DNA of 64,000 bases from Callorhinchus milii (Eukaryota): contig NW_024704743.1 of NCBI RefSeq assembly GCF_018977255.1, positions 27,158,001 to 27,222,000 of the forward strand. The letters are read 5' to 3'. Shown in pieces: positions 13,852 to 27,893 of this stretch. Below the pieces are notes generated by a model. It had not been told where the DNA came from. It did no database searches and was given only the letters and a program-made list of their open reading frames with translations. Every line of letters starts with the position of its first letter. Within the stretch, counting starts at the first letter, position 1. Both the position numbers and the translations under genes were made by a program.

Positions 13852-14460
13852 CAACAACAATAACAACTTGGATTTATATAGCGCCCTCCATCCCGGACGG
13901 CGTCTCAGAGTGCTTCACAGTAACGGATCCCCGGGCCGAGCCAGGGAGAGGGGGAGGAAGGTGACCAAAGGCGCGGTCGAAAAGAAAGGTCTTCAGCAGA
14001 GACCTGAAAATAGGAAGAGAAGGAGTGAGACAAAGGGAGTGAGGAAGGGAGTTCCAGAGCCTCGGGGAGTAGTGGCTGAAGGCACGGCTCCCGAGGGTGG
14101 AGTGGAGGAGTCGGGGGACAAGGAGGAGCCCAGATCCGGAGGAACGAAGGCAACGGGCACTGTTTTGAGGAGAGAGGAGGTCAGAGAGGTAAGGGGTTGC
14201 AGAGGAGTGGGGGGATTTGAAGACAAAGGTGAGGATCTTGAAGTTGATCCTCTCTGAGACAGACAGCCAGTGCGGTCTGGCAAGGACTGGGGTGATCACA
14301 GAGCGGAGTTTGGTGCGGGTGAGAATGCGGGCAGCAGAGTTTTGAATAATCTGGATTTTATGGATGGTAGTGGATGGGAGACCAGCGAGGAGGGCATTAG
14401 AATAGTCCAGCTGAGAGGTGACAAAGGCATGGACCAGGGTTTCAGTGGCTTTCGGAGAGA
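13852..14460 (-). mobile_element. L2 LINE 3' fragment, second subfamily, comparatively young
   Basis: Minus [50 protein letters not shown]; tail GAGGGCGCTATATAAATCCAA(GTT)n; CpGs retained. Confidence 0.9.
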
Positions 14461-15474
14461 GGAATTCCGCTTTTTACACCAAAAATTTAAGTCTCGGTCT
14501 CTTGCATAGGGTCACACTAAACTTATCACATACGTTGATGAAGACATCAGCTTTGGCACGCTTATTTCAACAAATTTTCCAAGTCCCTAACAAAACTATG
14601 TGGATTGTGTACTTATGTTGATAGGCCCTTATCCCCAAGTATGACACGAGTCAGTGAGTGAGTGATTGGGTTAGTGTGGACGTCATGAGTGCATGTGAGA
14701 CATGGGCGTTTGTGGCACATTTTAGACTAGTTAGGCCAGTAAAGTAGCCATGTTGCGAGAATCATTCATATTGTTGTACACAATGGGACTGGAAAAATCT
14801 CTGGCCATTAATCATTTTTATTTATCAATGTTTGACCTCTACAGTGATCTGAGATTTCCTTTACATAATCTGCGTACCCAAATTTTTTGACTGAAATCAA
14901 ATGCAGTTCCATTTTTAAGCAGAAAAGCTTTAAGAGGCAAACTGATTGATACGTTTTTATTTGTTTTCTACATCAATGTTTGCAATACCTTTCACCCACA
15001 CATACGTGATTTTGATCTTTACTTACCTCCTGACTGTTAGATTGATCCAATGCTAATTTGCCTCAACACATTATTTAGAAATGCATCATCTGATATAGAG
15101 TTCTTTCAGCCACCAAAAAATTTACCGTTCTGTCCAAAATTAATCAAACTTAAGCCATAAATTCTCTACACCTCATTATCAGCTAATGTTATGTGCAGGT
15201 AGCCATTCCTGGATATGAATTTTAGATCTGACAAAGTAATACAGTTTTTAATGATTTAGTTACGCCAGATAACGACATTTCTTGTTTATTGAGTGCTTTG
15301 TTTTCTTTCAGTTGCCATGTCTACAAGGAAAACCATTTTCACAGTATCACTCCTTGCATCACACTGATATGAAATTTGCTGTGTTCTATAATGCATTTTG
15401 ATGACATTGAACCTGCTACGAAATGCAGCAAATTTAAAGTCATTTCTTAACTATTGCCGGCTCCTAAATAAAGC

Positions 15475-16285
15475 TGAAGGCTGACAGTCAATAGTGGAGT
15501 AGGCAGGGTGGGGGATGTGGAGCAGGTCAGTGCCTGCAGAGTGGAGATAGTGCATAGGTTGGTGAAGTATTAATAGGCTGCAGTGGTAGAAAGCAGCAAG
15601 ACCATGCAGGGCTTTAAAGGTGAGGAGAACGATCTTGAACTCTGTCCTTTAAGGGATGGGGAGACAGGGAAGTCGGGCGAGGAAGGGAGTAATTGGCTCA
15701 TGAAGCTTAGTGTGGGAAAGGACATGAGCTGCAGAATTTTGAATAATCTGTAGCATATGGAGTGAAGAGTTGGGAAGTCTAGCAAGCAAGGAGTTAGCAT
15801 AATCAAGCCTGGATGTAATTAAAGTGTGGATGAGAGTTTCAGCAGCTTGAGTGGGGAGATAGTAGCGGAAGCGGGCGATGTTGCTTAGGTGGGGAAGGCA
15901 GTGAAGTTTAAAGGACAGTTGAGGGTCAACTAGACACCAAGATTCCATACTGGCTCGGTGAGATGGAGAGTGCATCCATGAATAGTGATGTTGTGAGTGA
16001 CTGATGTGAGGGGCTAAGCAGGAGAGCCTTGGTATTGTTGTATTCAACTGTAGGAAATTGGTTGTCATCCAGGACTTGAGGTCTGACAGACAATCCGTCC
16101 GGACAGCAGTGGCCAGGAGTCGAGTACTGAAGCAGAGTGATAGAGTTGGGTATTGTCCACTTATATGTGAAAGTCAAACCATGCCTGTGGATGATATGTA
16201 GGAACATGTAAATATTAAAAAGGACCGAGGGCAGTGACAGTCTAAGGGCTAAAGGAGAAGCTGTTGTGGAAACAAAGTGGAAGGT
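15475..16285 (-). mobile_element. L2 LINE fragment
   Basis: Minus [38 protein letters not shown]. Confidence 0.85.
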
Positions 16286-16679
16286 AAGAACGTAAGCAAG
16301 GTAGTCTGTGTGTTGGACTGTTGCTTCTCAGTAATTTATACAAAATCAACAGCACATTTGACTCAATCCTATTTCATTTAGTTAAACTGAGACCTGGAAG
16401 TAGTATTTTAATAATTTTTTGTAGTATATCAAGTATATTAAGTCAGTAAACTGTTTTTACTGTACTTTAATGCCAATTTTACAATCTCCTAAGATTAGTT
16501 CAGACAAAGAAGGCTCTTAAACCCATTTATAAAATATAATAAATGCATTTGCATTTCATGTAGCATTTTTCACGTCTTCTTGTCATTTCAAAGCTCTTCA
16601 CAGAATATACTGTAAAGTGAATTGACTGTACATTTGTGGACGAAACGCGGCAGCCTATTGCGCACAGCATTTGATCTCA

Positions 16680-17105
16680 ACCTTCCAAAATATCCACCAT
16701 TCTATCCTTCCATTACAGAATCAAACTGTTTCTTAAATGAGTCCAGTGTCCTGACCACAAACATCTTTACTGACAATTGGTTCCAGTTGTTAATTACCCT
16801 CTGGGAAAGAAAAACTTCCTAATGTCTCTTTAATTACCCATTACAACTAAATCCTTTGTCTTCTTGTTCTAATCTCTTGGTGCATCCTAATGTTTTGTTC
16901 CTAATGTTTATTTCTTATTTCCTATTTAAATTGTATACACCTCTATAAGGTTTCCTCTGAGACATCTTTCAAAACTGAAGAGTCTCAGCTTGTCTAATCA
17001 TAGCACATTCCTCTAACACTGAATGAGGAATTCTGTTTTCCGCTTCACTGCATCTAAGGGCGAGGCAGCCTCCTTATCTCTTAGTTACCAGAAGTATATG
17101 CAGTT
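16680..17105 (-). mobile_element. Degraded CR1-like fragment
   Basis: Antisense CR1-like 3' motifs (TTGGTTCCAGTTGTTAATTACCCTCTG, TTAAATTGTATACACCTCTATAAGG). Confidence 0.5.
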
Positions 17106-17184
17106 ATCTGATCAGATTCAGTCTGACCAGATTGTATTTCTAAGCAAATGGGATAGCTTTCTGCTCAGAGAAAGCCTTTGGTTT

Positions 17185-18185
17185 GAAAATATATATTTAT
17201 TTATAAATATAATATTTTGTACAACAGAAATTTCAAACAAACATAACTTACCACATCTTCTGTTACATTTTTCCCTTTCTCGTGATACAAAAACATTCTG
17301 TTGTTTACGGCACATTTCTTTGTTTTTTGGGGACCCTCCCATTAAAACAGTTGGAGTCACCTCTGTGTGCACTACATCCATGTGCGCGCCCGCACACACC
17401 CAGATAAGACGCATTAGACACTTTTGGAAGGCATCCCAATGTGTACTGTAGCACATATTTACTGTGTATACATTTTCAGGACGCACTTTGTTTACATCTC
17501 GAGTGTCCTTCCGTCCATTTATATGATTACCCTCACGTTTACTTCAGTCGGTTTTCGGTGCGCTCGTGCGCTACCCAATAGGTGCATCCTGAGTGGTTTG
17601 TGCAAGAGCGGCCTTTACGGGGTCAAGCCCCATTTGCTTTTGCCACAGTTGAGCTGAGCTTCAGCTTGTCCCTCAGTATATAGTCCCTGATCTTAGTGTG
17701 GGCAAGCCTGAGGCAGACCCTCACCATCCCTTCATTCTGCCAGAAGAACAGCTGGTTTTGGGAGTGCCAAAGGGCCTCCTTTACCGAGTTTATGATCTTC
17801 CAGGCACACTTGATGTGAGTTTCGCTTTGAGTGCCCGGGAACAACAGCAACAACTTGGATTTATATAGCACCCTCCGTGCCGGACGGCATCTCAGAGCAC
17901 TTTACTGACGGCGTAACAGATCCCAGCACCGAGCCAGGGGGATGGGGAGGGAACAGGCCGTATAGTAATGTGACAGCACATCTCCAGGGACGAACTGCAA
18001 GAGAATCCATTCCATCTTTTTCCAAACGGCCTTTGCAAAACAAAACTTCAGGAGGAGGTGGTCCACAGTCTCCTGGCCTCTGTAGCCGGCCCGAGGGCAA
18101 TGTGCAGACCTCGACCTCAGAGAAATCCTTGGGTGCAGAACCATTATGTCAAGGCTATCTGGAGGAGCGAGGAATGAATCATCCT
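17185..18185 (-). mobile_element. L1/Tx1-clade non-LTR retrotransposon 3' fragment (zinc-binding C-terminus plus 3' UTR), interrupted by an L2 tail
   Basis: Minus ORFs AHCPRAG..ETVDHLL..C.FAKAVW (zf-RVT-like), LYGLFPG..CAWKIINSVKEALW..RLAHTKIRDYILRD.LKL; 3' end AATAAATATATATTTTCAAA. Confidence 0.8.
17844..17948 (-). mobile_element. Short L2 3' tail insertion with 7-bp target duplication GGGAACA
   Basis: Same tail as the 13852 copy; GGGAACA at 17837-17843 and 17949-17955. Confidence 0.85.
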
Positions 18186-18709
18186 CTCAAGTTTGGCACA
18201 ATTGGTATCATATCAAATGTATTATGGATTATTTCATTCTATTTCTTTCAATGTTCCCTTTTTACGAATATGCTGCTGACTTTGCAAGTATCCCACAGAG
18301 AACAGATAAGGTATTGTGGATAAATATTTCTTCAAAAACAACAGTGACAAAAAAGGTTCCCAGCTCTTCATCTAATGGAGGACACTCTGCTGTGACATTT
18401 TGTCTATGTCTATTAACCTAATGGAGAACCAATAAAAATTATCTAAACTCTATTTAAAAAATAATAATTCTTGTATTTCATGCAGCACCTTATTACACTG
18501 TCAAGATGTCTCAAAGTGCTTCACAAGATATACTGCAAAGTGGATTCACTAAGTATTTTGGGAATTTGATTGCCCACTTTGTTTCTTTTTAATTTATGCT
18601 CATCAAGATGAGTAAAGTTTGTAGAGAGAATGGAATTTATTTCCAAATGAATACCTTCAGAAAGCAATAATCAGCTCAGGTGTAGAATGTTTGGATGCTG
18701 GACTAAAGA

Positions 18710-18917
18710 GCCCCGAGGCTCTGGAACTCCCTTCCTCATTCTCTTCGCCTCGCCCCTATTTTCAGGGCTCGTCTGAAGACCTTTCTTTTTGACCCCGCTT
18801 TTGGTCTCCTTCCTCCCCCTCCCCCTGGCTAGGCCTCGGGATCCGTTACTGTGAAGCACTCTGAGATGCCACGTGGCATGGAGGGCGCTATATAAATCCA
18901 AGTTGTTGTTGTTGTTG
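18710..18917 (+). mobile_element. L2 3' end, second subfamily
   Basis: GGCTCTGGAACTCCCTTCC..GAGGGCGCTATATAAATCCAA(GTT)n, homologous to 13852. Confidence 0.88.
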
Positions 18918-18984
18918 ATATTTACATTGTAAATATCAGATAATGTACATGCTCGATATTTCAAACAACAGTAAATTATATTTA

Positions 18985-19315
18985 TATAACGCCTTTCATA
19001 TTGGGAAGACATCTCAAAGCACTTCAGCCCGAGATGGGGAGAGGGGATAGCTGAGGAGGTTTGGGGGAGGGGAGGTGACCAAAGGACTGGTCGAAAACAA
19101 AAGTTTCAAGGTGGGCTTTAAAGACAGGCAGGGAGAGGTGGAGAGTCTCAAAGATAGAGATCCGACCAACTAACAACAGTAGATTGGTTGACACCTCGCT
19201 TAATGATAGTACAACAGCAACAAGATTACATTTGTATAGCGCCTTTCACGTCGGGAGGACGTCCCAACGCAGTAGGGAGAGAAGGCGGGGTGACGGGTGG
19301 GTGGTGGTTGGGGGA
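18985..19315 (-). mobile_element. Two short antisense L2 3' tails (about 18985-19160 and 19208-19315)
   Basis: TATAACGCCTTTCATATTGGGAAGAC and AACAAGATTACATTTGTATAGCGCCTTTCACGTCGGGAGGAC. Confidence 0.75.
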
Positions 19316-21329
19316 AGCAGTGGATTTGATCCATCATTGAAATGTAATCAAAATGCACTACCCGGTGATCTCTGTGATGCATTACACTCTGTATATAGAT
19401 TTTACTTACCGTGGATCAACGACAGGTGTCAATAGTGATGCTTGCCTGGCCAAAGAAAACTGTAACAAACTTCCCCATGGACCTCAGCAAAGCCATTGGG
19501 CATTCATAATTGATGAATCTGTCTTTGAAATGGAATGTTACCCAAGGTGCTGCACCATGGAAAATTGACTTACACTGTTTTTTTTATCCATAAGCTAAAT
19601 TGGTGGACAATAACAAAGCCATTACTGTACTATATTGCGATACTAATTATATTTATAATTTAAGCATTATATTTTAAAATATTATATTTTAATTTGAAAT
19701 TTTATACTGTATTTTAAATTATTATATTTGAAATTATATATAAATTATATGATGCTGTACTGTATTGCAACACAAATTATATTTCACCCACAAACTATAC
19801 AGTCAGTTAGTTCACTTTACTGTATATTCTGTGAATCGCTTTGAGAAGTCTCAGCAAAGTGATAAGGCTCTATATTAAATATAATGATTATTATCAGTAG
19901 TAGTACAATGTTGCTACAAATATTTGTAAAGTAACAATCAAACATTTTAAAAGCAAAGGAGAGGTTCCTTATTCCAACCATCACTGTTTCCCTTCAGCAG
20001 GCTTCCAATGGAATATTAATTGTTTTTTTGGCTTCAGTCAGCTGAATCCTCTTTTAACATCTGCCCAAGGCTAGTTAGAAATTAATGCACCTCGACTAAC
20101 TTTAGCGCTGATAAAATGGAAGTCACAAAACCAATTCATGCCTTTTGCACATGATTTCAGAGTCTAATAGGATTTCGCCACTTCACCTTTAATTTTAACA
20201 GCTCCTTCAAATAACAGGGAGGAATACCATGCGTGAAATTAAGACCATTGGTAACATTCTTTAACATACTACAGCAAGGCTGTTAAATCCAATGCTAAGT
20301 AGAATTTCACTTCCCTAGCGACTAATTAAGGGCAGTTTTGTGCTATGGGACCATGCTAACGAAAAAATAAATTCAGATTATCTGTACTTATTCCATTTAA
20401 TGCCTTCACTGACAGAAACCCCAGAGGTTAAAAGCCACGGTTTCATTCATTGTCTCACTTACTGCCTTTTTAAAATTATTATTCATTTTCTTCCCCTCTT
20501 TTAGCCCGAGAGAATGGACAGGTTAACTGATATCAGGGCTCTGACACCTGCAACCAAAATGGAAGATTTACAGTGTAATTCCTTGATAAAGAATCCAAGT
20601 TGTGCAAATGTGTAATCAGAAGTGTGCTCCCCTATCCCGTGGCATGAAAACTCCGTTCAGATGTAATCCACATCCGGTAAGCAGTTCCTTCAGTTTGGTG
20701 GGATCATTAATGGAAATCCTGCATTCTACAGGCCAAAGAGTTGTTGAGATGTCTATTAGGAGGTAGGTGACTCTCTCAAATTCCCTTCGCTTCAGTCCAC
20801 ATTTGAAGCCCACTTTAAGACCTATCTTTTCATCTGCACATTTGGAACACTTAGGTGTTTTGATGTGATAAGATGCTAGAAAAATGTGAGTTACTTCTTC
20901 TCAAAGAATGCTGCCTCTTGAGTAAAAGAGGATGTTTGTTCCTATCTCCATTCCAAAAGTGGGTGAAACATCTTTGCCTGATCATTCTAACTAAGCAAGT
21001 AGCATTAAAAGTACAGCGATTCTTTGAAAACTTCCTTCCAATTATAGTGCAACTGTCATAGCAATTTGAATAGTGTGAGTCCTCATCATAGCTCTGATTC
21101 ATTATAGCCTTTTAAACAACTATTTTCTATGGCTCTCACCAACCAGACATTCCACACAAAATATCCTTTGCAACCTCTTTCTTGCCGTAACACTTACTAT
21201 GACTCCTAGTGATACAATAGGCCTTCTGCGCTATATTGTGTGTGCTGACCATATTTGATAATAATGCATTCCATGAATGCCTGACAGTTGAAAGTCATCA
21301 ACCATCTAAGAGTGGAATTTCATTAGATG

Positions 21330-21600
21330 ATGAGAGGGAGCACAGTTGGTTCATTGAGCTTCTCAATACCAAATTGATAGTATGACAATATCGTAAAACA
21401 ACTGTCACATCACCCGTCAATCTTCTTTATTCCAATGCAAAAAGTGCTAGTTCCTCCAGTCTCTGGCCATAGGCCAACTACTCATCCCAGGTATAATCCT
21501 AGTACATCTACTCTGCACCCCCTCTATTGCCTTGATGTATTTTCCAAAGTGGGGTGACCAATACCGCATACAATATTCTAACCAAGTACAAGTACCTGAT
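21330..21600 (-). mobile_element. Degraded CR1-like fragment
   Basis: ATCCTAGTACATCTACTCTGCACCCCCTC..GGTGACCAATACCGCATACAATATTC, antisense to the CR1 LEYC..FW..LE.VQ region. Confidence 0.6.
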
Positions 21601-21793
21601 TATACTTTTGCTTTTGATGTTTAATGTTAGTCACAATTCATTTTACAAGATAAAATTGAACTATTGAAATTCTAAATGTCATCCCGGATAGATATTGTCT
21701 CACTCCCCCAAAAATTTGATGCGTTAATTGGAGCTGACAATAAGTGGATTCCTTGAACAGAAAAAATCCAGTTTAAGATAAAACAACAACAGT

Positions 21794-22154
21794 ATAATAA
21801 TAATAATCCTTGCATTTGATATAGCGCCTGATCACATGGTTGAGATGTCTCAAAGTGCTTCTCAGAATTTACTGTAAAGTGAATTGACTCCATATTTTGT
21901 GTGTGAAACACGGCAGCCAATTGAGCACAGCAGTGTCCCACAAACAGTCGTAAATTGAGTGACTAAATTACTAATTCATTTATTTATTTTGAAGGGATTA
22001 TAACCCCAAGGAGGCGATTCAGCAATAGACTAAGAACCGGATTTCTACTTGCTGCTAGGTAAACAAAGTAAGGAAACTTGCCTAAGGTTTCACTCTGCCT
22101 AGCTCCTCTTACTTGTGAAGCAAGTGCTCTAACCAATATGCTACGGCACTCCAC
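21794..22154 (-). mobile_element. tRNA-Ala-derived SINE, long form
   Basis: Antisense head, long-form internal segment and (TAA)n tail. Confidence 0.85.
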
Positions 22155-23380
22155 CCTGCATCGTGCCTTTCAGGTCAGGAGGACGTCCTAAGGCACTGAA
22201 TTTAAAAAGCACTGCACAAAACTGGATTCTAAATTTAAGAATTTTCCAATATTCTGCACAATCTTAACTTTTATAAAAATAGTTCTAAGACTATGACCAT
22301 GAGACTTATGGGGCCTCATAGCTGAAAGCAGAATACATTATTGCACATTTTGTGTCACTTCAGAACCTAAAACAAAAATAATTGTTTTTTTAATCTAAAA
22401 ACTAGACAACATTTATACTACTGAATTACTTTTTAAGGACTGGAAATACAGTCCACTGGTTTTGCTCTGCACTTTAAGCTGATAATTGTGATGTATTGCC
22501 AATCAATGTATCTTCCTGGCATTAGTTAGCAAGTGTTGAGAAATTATTTTCACATATGTGATAGCTTAGACAATCACGCTCAGTATTTCAGTTCAAGAGA
22601 TTATGTTAAAATACAAATTTCTGATGAACTCTGCACCTTGTTCTTGTATTAATGCTATGTAGAAATAATTCCAGGACATTTTGACTCAATACTTCAAGTT
22701 AAATCTAACTGCTGAATTTGCCAGTCAGGCCTGTATTTTTCCAGCTGGGATATAAAACTAATTTGCTTCTGTGTCCTTTCAGAAAAAGACCTAATCTTGT
22801 TCAACGTTATGAGACAGTAAGTCCCTTCACTCTTTAGCACAATACTGCACTGCCTTGAATATATATTTTTAGTTCTCAAGGTCCCTAAATGCATCTTTTG
22901 TGATGTTTGAGTTTTTCCAATAGATTTTCGATTACATTCACAAGACTTCTGCATGATACCACTTTTGTAACATTTTTGATATTATCTTAGTTTCATATCC
23001 TTTCAGCCAAGCAGCTTGGTCCATGACCTTTCCAAAACTTTTATGCACTATATCCTTGTTCCACATGCTTATCAATCTATTACTAAAAATAAATTCTTCC
23101 TCACTTTCTTGGTCTTTATTTTGAAGCTATGACCCCTTGCTCCTGTGCACTGTATCCTCAAGACATTCCTTGAATTCTAATCGCATATTGGGTCTACCAA
23201 GCTACATTTCATTGTTACTGTGGCCTTTTTTATACAGTAGTCTTTCTGAATGGATTCTGTGAGCAAAATATAGCTGGCACACCGGACTTCGTTTCACTTC
23301 GGAGATATCTTTGAATGGTCCATTCACGTGTTAAATATTTTTAATAGCAGATAAAATAGAGTTCTGACTTCCAGATCCCA

Positions 23381-23697
23381 TGGAGTCCTGTAGCTCAGTG
23401 GTTAGAGCACTTGCCTTCCAAGCGAGACACCTGGGTTCAATTCCCGGCAGAGCGAAACGTTGGGCAAGTTTCCTTACCCCACATGCCTAATAATAATCTC
23501 TCCAAAAAAACAAAACAATAATAAATTGGTCATTTTCAATCCACGACTGTTTGTGGGACACTGCTGTGCGCAATTGACAGCCGTGTTTCGCCCACAAATA
23601 TACAGTCAATTCACTTTACAGTCTATTCTGTGAAGTGCTTTAAGATGTCGAGAAGACGTGAAATGCGCTATATCAAATTCAAAGATTATTATTATTA
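23381..23697 (+). mobile_element. tRNA-Ala-derived SINE, short form
   Basis: Intact A box TAGCTCAGTGG, B box GGTTCAATTCC, body and (ATT)n tail. Confidence 0.92.
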
Positions 23698-26169
23698 GTA
23701 TCCCTTGCTTTACAGTGTAACTCTGCTTTTTATTTCTTAAAACATTCATAAATGGGTGTTTCTTGAGATCAGAAATAACAATGCACACATGCCCACAGTA
23801 TGTTCATGGGAGAGGAGATAATCTATAATAAGATATGTTTTTCATGGTCTGCTGAAGGAAAATGTTTTCTTATATCACTATATAAAGTTTGATCTAAATA
23901 AAAATACAACTATTTCATAAAGATCCTGCAATTTGGAGCAATGAGAGAGGTCTTGCATTATATTCATGCACAATGTTCTTTGTAACACAGCAGGAATTGA
24001 CTTCTTTATTGAATTATTGTGGTCAAGACAGAGCCTTAAGCAATACAAACAATTACAATTTACATTTATATGGTACCATTCACATTCTAAAACTTCTTTA
24101 CATTGCTGACTGGACAACTGAGCTGGGGGTGGGAGCTGAAAACGGTGGGGAAGGGAAAGATGACTGAAACCATGGTCACACTGAACTGTGTTAAAAAGCA
24201 AAATATTCACCTGTCCTGAGGTATATTGCCTTTTCTGACTTTCCTAACAAATTTTTTTTTATTCTGAGGCCTCTTTCTGCATCTCATTATTATAAAAAGA
24301 GAGTGAACAAAGAAGACTTTTACTCTACTCACATTACCCTTGTATACACACTTTCCAAAAGGTATTTCTAAATACAGAGTTTACTGTCTATAGAGGAAAG
24401 ATATGATGTATGCCTTGTAGCACAAGAGGTGATAAGAGAGGTTCAGATGAATTCTAAAAATATAGGATTTGATCTCATATATGCAGAATTCCCTTCCTAT
24501 TATTTTTATATTATAGTGTCAAGCCGTTAATCAAATGAACAAAGCCTACAACACTTATCTACCATCCTTCATATAACCCTTTCCAGCTGTACATAAAGAA
24601 TTACTTCCTGATATCTTCACAACATTTTCTTCACAACCCCGAACCAGTACTCTTTTGACCTGCTACGTTGGTTTATCTGGAATTATTGGAGGTGACCAAT
24701 GCGATACTTAAATGAGTAGTGGAGATATCAGAATAGATGAAACTACAAAAAATATTGTTTTATTATTTTGGGGAATCTGGAAATATCTATACCAAACTTT
24801 TGAGTGGAGAAAGCCTATGATAGTTTTGCGATGGTATATGTAAAGAACAGACTTAATGGACTGACTGGCTTTTCCTTGTTCCACATTTCCTTATTTTCTA
24901 ATAAACTGATTTTTATAACATCTATAAAAGAACATATTTTGTGTCTACATTGAAAATGTTAAAGTTTTCTATCCTTTTCTCATTGGACCAACAATAAAGA
25001 ATTGCATTTTTTTGATCTGTGACTAAAGTATCTGTAATGTTGTGTAGTTTTATACAGAGTAAGGTCAGTGAACGTCCCTATGGATTCAAATGGTATCACA
25101 CGGGACAAGCTACTCTGTGAGCATTACAATAAGGTATGCAGAAAAGAAAGTAGCATTCATACACTGAATATCAAGTAAAATTGTGATACTAAAACTCTTT
25201 TTCATTAGATGACATTTAATGGGTCTTATATTGGATATCCTTAATTGCATTCCACACATAAGCCATTTTGAACATGCATTCTCTCCATGTATCTTCATCA
25301 AACTCAAACAAGTAGGATTTAGGTCAGCAATACCAAATGTTTATCTCACAATGTTTACCTGACTGGGCAGTTCTGCACACTGTGCTGATAAGAAGCCCCG
25401 AAAGACCCAGCCACAAAAAAAGCGTGGATGAAGATGCGTTTGATTCCTTTTATAATGCATTGTGCGAGAGCAAATTGACATCCTCTCTTGATGTTTCCAG
25501 ATCTTGACATTCTAACAAATGCTTCAGCTGGTTATTTGTATGGTCGCTTACCTCCTGCCCTTTACTTTTGACAGTAATATTCTATCAGCCAAATACCACC
25601 CAAGTCACTGTCAGTAATCTGCAAGTCTGTTTTTTTTGTAGTTGTTTGTCATTTTCAGACGTCATTGCAACCTTCAGTCATGTCAGGATAAAGGAATAAT
25701 ATTGAACACGCCACTTGGTATATTCTTTAGGGGACTGCATAGAGTAAACACAGTTGAGCCTCTGGTTAGTAATTTGTACTAATAAAAATAATTGTTTCTG
25801 TATGCATGGTAGAACCATTGTGTGCTAATTTATCTGTGGTTTTAAATGACAAATGACACACGTACCATTTTGTTGGTGACATTTTAACAGTTCTTGATAG
25901 CATAAACTTGAACTACACGAATATTAAACAATTGTCAGCTGGCACTAATGACGAATGCTAACATGATAGTTGCACAGAAGTGAAGGGTTTGCTATCCTCT
26001 GGTGACCATTCTACATGGGACTCAAGTGAGGCAACTTGTCAAGATCAAAAGCAAGTACAGCTCATTTTACAGGACTTCTGTCACACCAGTGATAGGAATC
26101 TACTTTGTGTTTTTTTTAAATCATGCATTTATAATTCTACCTTTGAGGTGCTTGAAAAATAACTAGCAA

Positions 26170-26380
26170 TTGATTCAAAACTCTGCCTCGCATACTCTCA
26201 CCCCAGCCAAACTCTGCACCCCCATCACCCCATTCATTGGTGACTCCATTGGCTCAACTTGTAGCACCTCCCTACCTCTCCAACCTGCTTACATCCTACT
26301 CCTCTACCCACCCCCTGTGCTCAGGTGGCTCCAGCCTTCTGCATGTCCCTTGTCCCGTCCACTCCACCATTGGCAGCTGT
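26170..26380 (+). mobile_element. Degraded L2 fragment
   Basis: IQNSA..PITP and PPYLSNLL motifs. Confidence 0.65.
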
Positions 26381-26844
26381 GATTCGGGCTCAGCATTAAG
26401 GTTCATCATGAGATGCAGGTTGTTGTTGCTTTTGATGTATTTGAAATCTTGTTGTGAATTACCAAGCAAATACATATTTTGACACAATTCCAATGCTTGT
26501 ACATGATCAATGCATTTTAAACCATCTTTTGATCATTAAATTAAGACAAAACAGTTAATGCAGCCTAGCTACATTTTTTAGGATTCATATTTTATTTTTG
26601 CCTACAAAATACAGTCATTACACTTCAAAGTATATCTTTTGAAGCGCTTTGAGATATCTTCCCAACATGAAAGGTGTTAGATCAAATGCAAGGATTTTTT
26701 TACCCTGTGTTCAGCTATTACTTAAAACATTTAAATTATTTTTATATTATAATAAAAATGATCTTGTTATTAGCATAATCGTTATATTATAATTAATCCT
26801 ATCTAATGAAACTCACACCGGTAAGATAGCTTAACACTTTTATA

Positions 26845-27080
26845 TAGTCTCTCCTGGTGTCCTGGCCAACAATCCCCCGAACAATCCCTCAAATCACCCA
26901 AAATAAAAATGGTCACTCACCCCAGTGCTGTTTGTGGAACACTGCTGTGCGCAACTGACTGCCACGTTTCACCCACAAAATACAGTCAATCCACTTCACA
27001 GTATATCCTGTGAAACACTTTGAGTTATCTCAATGATGTATTAAGATGCTATATCAAATGCAAGGATTATTATTATTATA
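26845..27080 (+). mobile_element. SINE core and 3' tail fragment (DeuSINE-like)
   Basis: CTCCTGGTGTCCTGGCCAACAATCCC..CTGTTTGTGG..ATCAAATGCAAGG(ATT)n. Confidence 0.75.
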
Positions 27081-27893
27081 GTTGACTGTGAGCCTGAGCT
27101 GATGGGACTGGGGTGAGCAGCTGAGAAGTGGAAGTGTGGAAGCTGAGCTATAGGGGTGGAAAGTTCACGGTGGGACTGGAAAGTTAAGGGGTGGGGGGGA
27201 AGAAAGCTCAGTCAATAATATAGGTCTAAGGTTGTTTTTAGAGGCAGAGAGAGAAGGGGAAGGCAGAGGGTGGAGTTCCAGAGTGTGAGCACAAAATGGT
27301 TGAAAACACAACCATTGATGGAGGCAAGTAGAAGGGGAATCGGCTGGGGATATAAAGCAGAGAAGAGAGTTAAAAAAACAGAAATTAAATTGAAAATGCA
27401 GTATTTGATGTGCTAATAGAAATATCTGATTTATTGCATTTTCAACTCCAATATCTTTAGGTCAGCAGTTCTGATATACAGTAACATTTAAATGCTATGA
27501 ACAGTCATATAAAAATAGTCCTACTTTTGCCATGTGCCACTACCACCCCTCTAGTTACAGTGAAGAACTCTGCAAAAGCAGGGAATCACTAAAGCAAGGT
27601 AAAGACCAGTGGATGCATTTGAATAGAAAAAAGCAAACTGCTGGGAAGAAACCCCTTGGAATCATTTTTCATAAGTAACATGTTTTTACGTGTTCTTCGT
27701 TTCGCCAGCTCCAGAAGATATACTGTAAAAGAAACTTATAAACTAATTCTGTATGTATCGTCTACCGTGCACTCAAAGGAAGATTTCCAATCTTATTACT
27801 CCTATATTAACAACATATTAACGTTGATAGTATGTTCAGACTTCCGGGACGCTACCCTGCATGAAGGGCGTTATATAAATGCAAGTTGTTCTT

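Noticed and set aside
15027..15130. Minus-strand exon candidate ending GGAG|GTAAGT (similar case near 25552-25618)
   Set aside because: The frames I checked contain stops and the acceptors are weak.
23381..23455. tRNA genes at the SINE heads
   Set aside because: Each head continues into the same SINE body and (ATT)n tail, the acceptor stem is incomplete and the anticodon loop varies between copies.
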